Source of the DNA: Eledone cirrhosa
Taxonomy: Eukaryota
DNA length: 64,000 nt
Direction of reading: 5' to 3'
Assembly: GCA_964016885.1 (NCBI GenBank)
Contig: OZ024741.1
Coordinates: 288,734,001 to 288,798,000, forward strand
In this document: positions 61,841-64,000 of the stretch, piece after piece
Layout of the letters: each line of letters starts with the position of its first letter
How positions within the stretch are numbered: position 1 is the first letter of the stretch
The notes under the pieces: generated by a model
What the model was told of the DNA's origin: nothing
Seen by the model: only the letters and a program-made list of their open reading frames with translations
Database searches by the model: none
Position numbers and translations under genes: made by a program

Positions 61841-62718
61841 CCGTCCTTCCGTGTGTATATATATAACTGTTACATTGTAGAACTAAAGAGCGAATCACGA
61901 GAAGAGAAAAAATTCCCACCTACAATAGATTTGCATCGTATCCAGGGACATATTTATTTCTCATTCGAATATAAACATTGCGTCTGTGAATTCTTGTAAT
62001 TCAGGACACGATTCCTCTTAAATACGGATTCATGATTTCCTAAATTTAGTTCTCTGCTTCCACCATCCAATTCGAAACTGGTATTAAGTCTGCAAAGTGT
62101 AGTAGTAACATGCACCACTAACTATCAGGAATTACTAACACAGTGAGTCTTTCAGCCACTAAGGCTCCCACCACCAAATGCCAACAGTAATTTTTTCCAT
62201 TTTGTTTGGTCCCATCATTTTATTCAGATTTTATCATTTGTCAAATCCACAACCCAACGCAGAATCATCTCTATCATTTGTCAAACTCACAACCCAATTC
62301 GAACCCCACTCATTCTTAATAACCCTACTCTAAGGTCCCAAATCTTTAAAAAGATAAGATATCTTTAGATAACTAAAATTGAGACATTTTTTTTCATTCG
62401 GAGAAAAAAAAAAAAAGTAATCAAAACAACTCAGAAATGAAGTGGCAGATATTTTTCTACATTTTAATAGACGTAACCGAAAAATTGCGTGAAAGTTTTG
62501 AAATAGTTTATATGTATGTTTAAATGTGCCACTGAGAGAGAGGGGGGGGGGGGGGGTGAATGTGTGTGAATGCGTGTGAATGTGTGTGTATATATGTGTG
62601 TGTGAAACTTTTGTGTGTATATATTTGTTCAGTAAATTAATGAACGTGTGTGTTGTATTAATAACTTTTAATCTACAGAAATTTTCTCTCATTACTTTTT
62701 ATAAAACACACACACATG

Positions 62719-62754
<36 letters not shown>

Positions 62755-62997
62755 ATTTTAATTGCTTATCTATGTGTGTGGGCATATATGCATTTCTGTG
62801 CGTGTATGGGTGTAGCGTGTCTTCGAGTGTATCGAGTTTAAGTAACAGTGTCTGCACGTCAATTCATTGACATAACTTTGGTAGTGTTGTTTGTTGCACG
62901 AATGACGAGGCTACATATTATTTGTTATAACACCTATTTTAGTTACAAAGATAAACAACAACAACAAAAAAAACACAACAACAATAATAACAATAAT

Positions 62998-63330
62998 AAT
63001 GGTTTCTGATTTAGGCACATGACCAACAATTTGGGGGGAGAGGAAAGTCGATTAAATCGACCCCAGTGCACTACTGGTGCTTTATTTTATCGACCCCGTA
63101 AGGATGAAAGGCAAAGCTTACCTTGGCGGAATTTGAAATGGGAACATAAAGGGCTGTAACTCTATGTTGCAAAGCAGGGTGTCCGGCACTCTACCGATAC
63201 TACCAATCCACCACCCTAGTAATAATTGTTTCTACTTTGGGCACAAGGCCAGCAATTATCCCAGTGTATTACTGGTACTTTATTTTATCGACTCCATAAG
63301 GATGAAAGGCAAAGTTTAACCTCGGCGGAT
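62998..63330 (-). mobile_element. Two stacked SINEs (62998-63216; 63222-63330 truncated)
   Basis: Near consensus, with the tails abutting (AAT)n. Confidence 0.9.
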
Positions 63331-64000
63331 CAAAGCAAAGGAACTAAACCGTAAATTGAAGGCAAAACCAATGCATGGTAGATTCCCAGAACGACTTTCT
63401 GACAATGATACCAATCAGCATGACTCACTATCCTGGCTCAGAAGTGCTGGTTTGAAAGCAGAGTCTGAGGGGCTCTTAGTTTCTGCACAAGACCAATCTT
63501 TAAACATGGGAAAGATGGGACTAGCTCTCTAAGCAGAATATGCTATAAACATGAAGAAACGGTCGATCATGTTATCTCCGGATGTCTAGAGCTGGCAAAC
63601 ACTGACTATATCGAAAGACAACCGCATTGCCAAATATGTGCACTGGATGCTCTGCCGCACTCATGACATCCAAACTTCTAACAAATGGTATGAACATCAA
63701 TCAAAAACAGTCGTGGAGAAAGGCAACATATCCATCTTGTGGGATATGCCTGTGATAACTGACTATGAAATCACTGCCAACAAACCAGATATCATCATAA
63801 CAAACAAAACAGATAGGACATGTAGTCTCATAGATATTTCTGTACCAGCTGACAAGAATACCTCTATAAAAACTATGGAAAAACTGTCAAAATACAAAGA
63901 CCTGGAAATAGAGGTCAACCGCATGTGGAGGATGACCACAAACCCTATCCCTGTGGTAATAGGGCATTAGGATTAATACCCAAATCATCAGACCTCCATC
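63331..64000 (+). mobile_element. R4/Dong/Rex6-clade non-LTR retrotransposon relic (CCHC + restriction-like endonuclease), runs off the window
   Basis: KPMHGRF...WLRSAGLKAESEGLLVSAQDQSL, ETVDHVISGC, ILWDMPV.TD.EI.ANKPDII...LIDISVP...EKLSKYKDL...PVVIG. Confidence 0.9.

Overview
AT-rich animal genomic DNA with no recognisable host protein-coding exon. The SINE and simple-repeat make-up resembles Octopus, but that is inferred from recall, not a search. Most of the long ORFs in the track are artefacts of (ACC)n, (TAG)n, (GGT)n, (TA)n and (CA)n tracts. The real coding sequence belongs to non-LTR retrotransposons. There are six L1-Tx1-type copies: a near full-length decayed element at 48575-54371 (-), three long 5'-truncated copies and two 3'-end stubs. 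There are also RTE-clade, HERO-clade and R4/Dong-clade relics, about 20 tRNA-derived SINE copies, MITEs, a Helitron-like element, and Penelope-like fragments with minimal hammerhead ribozyme motifs. The main observation is an apparent microsatellite-targeting retrotransposon system. All four copies of one Tx1 group lie inside (TATC)n on both sides in the same relative orientation, while a sister family lies in (ATT)n. The dominant SINE ends in the same CCTTGTG-N8-AGAAA-N2 motif as these LINEs and stacks with them at ATT-rich sites, which suggests a LINE-SINE partnership.
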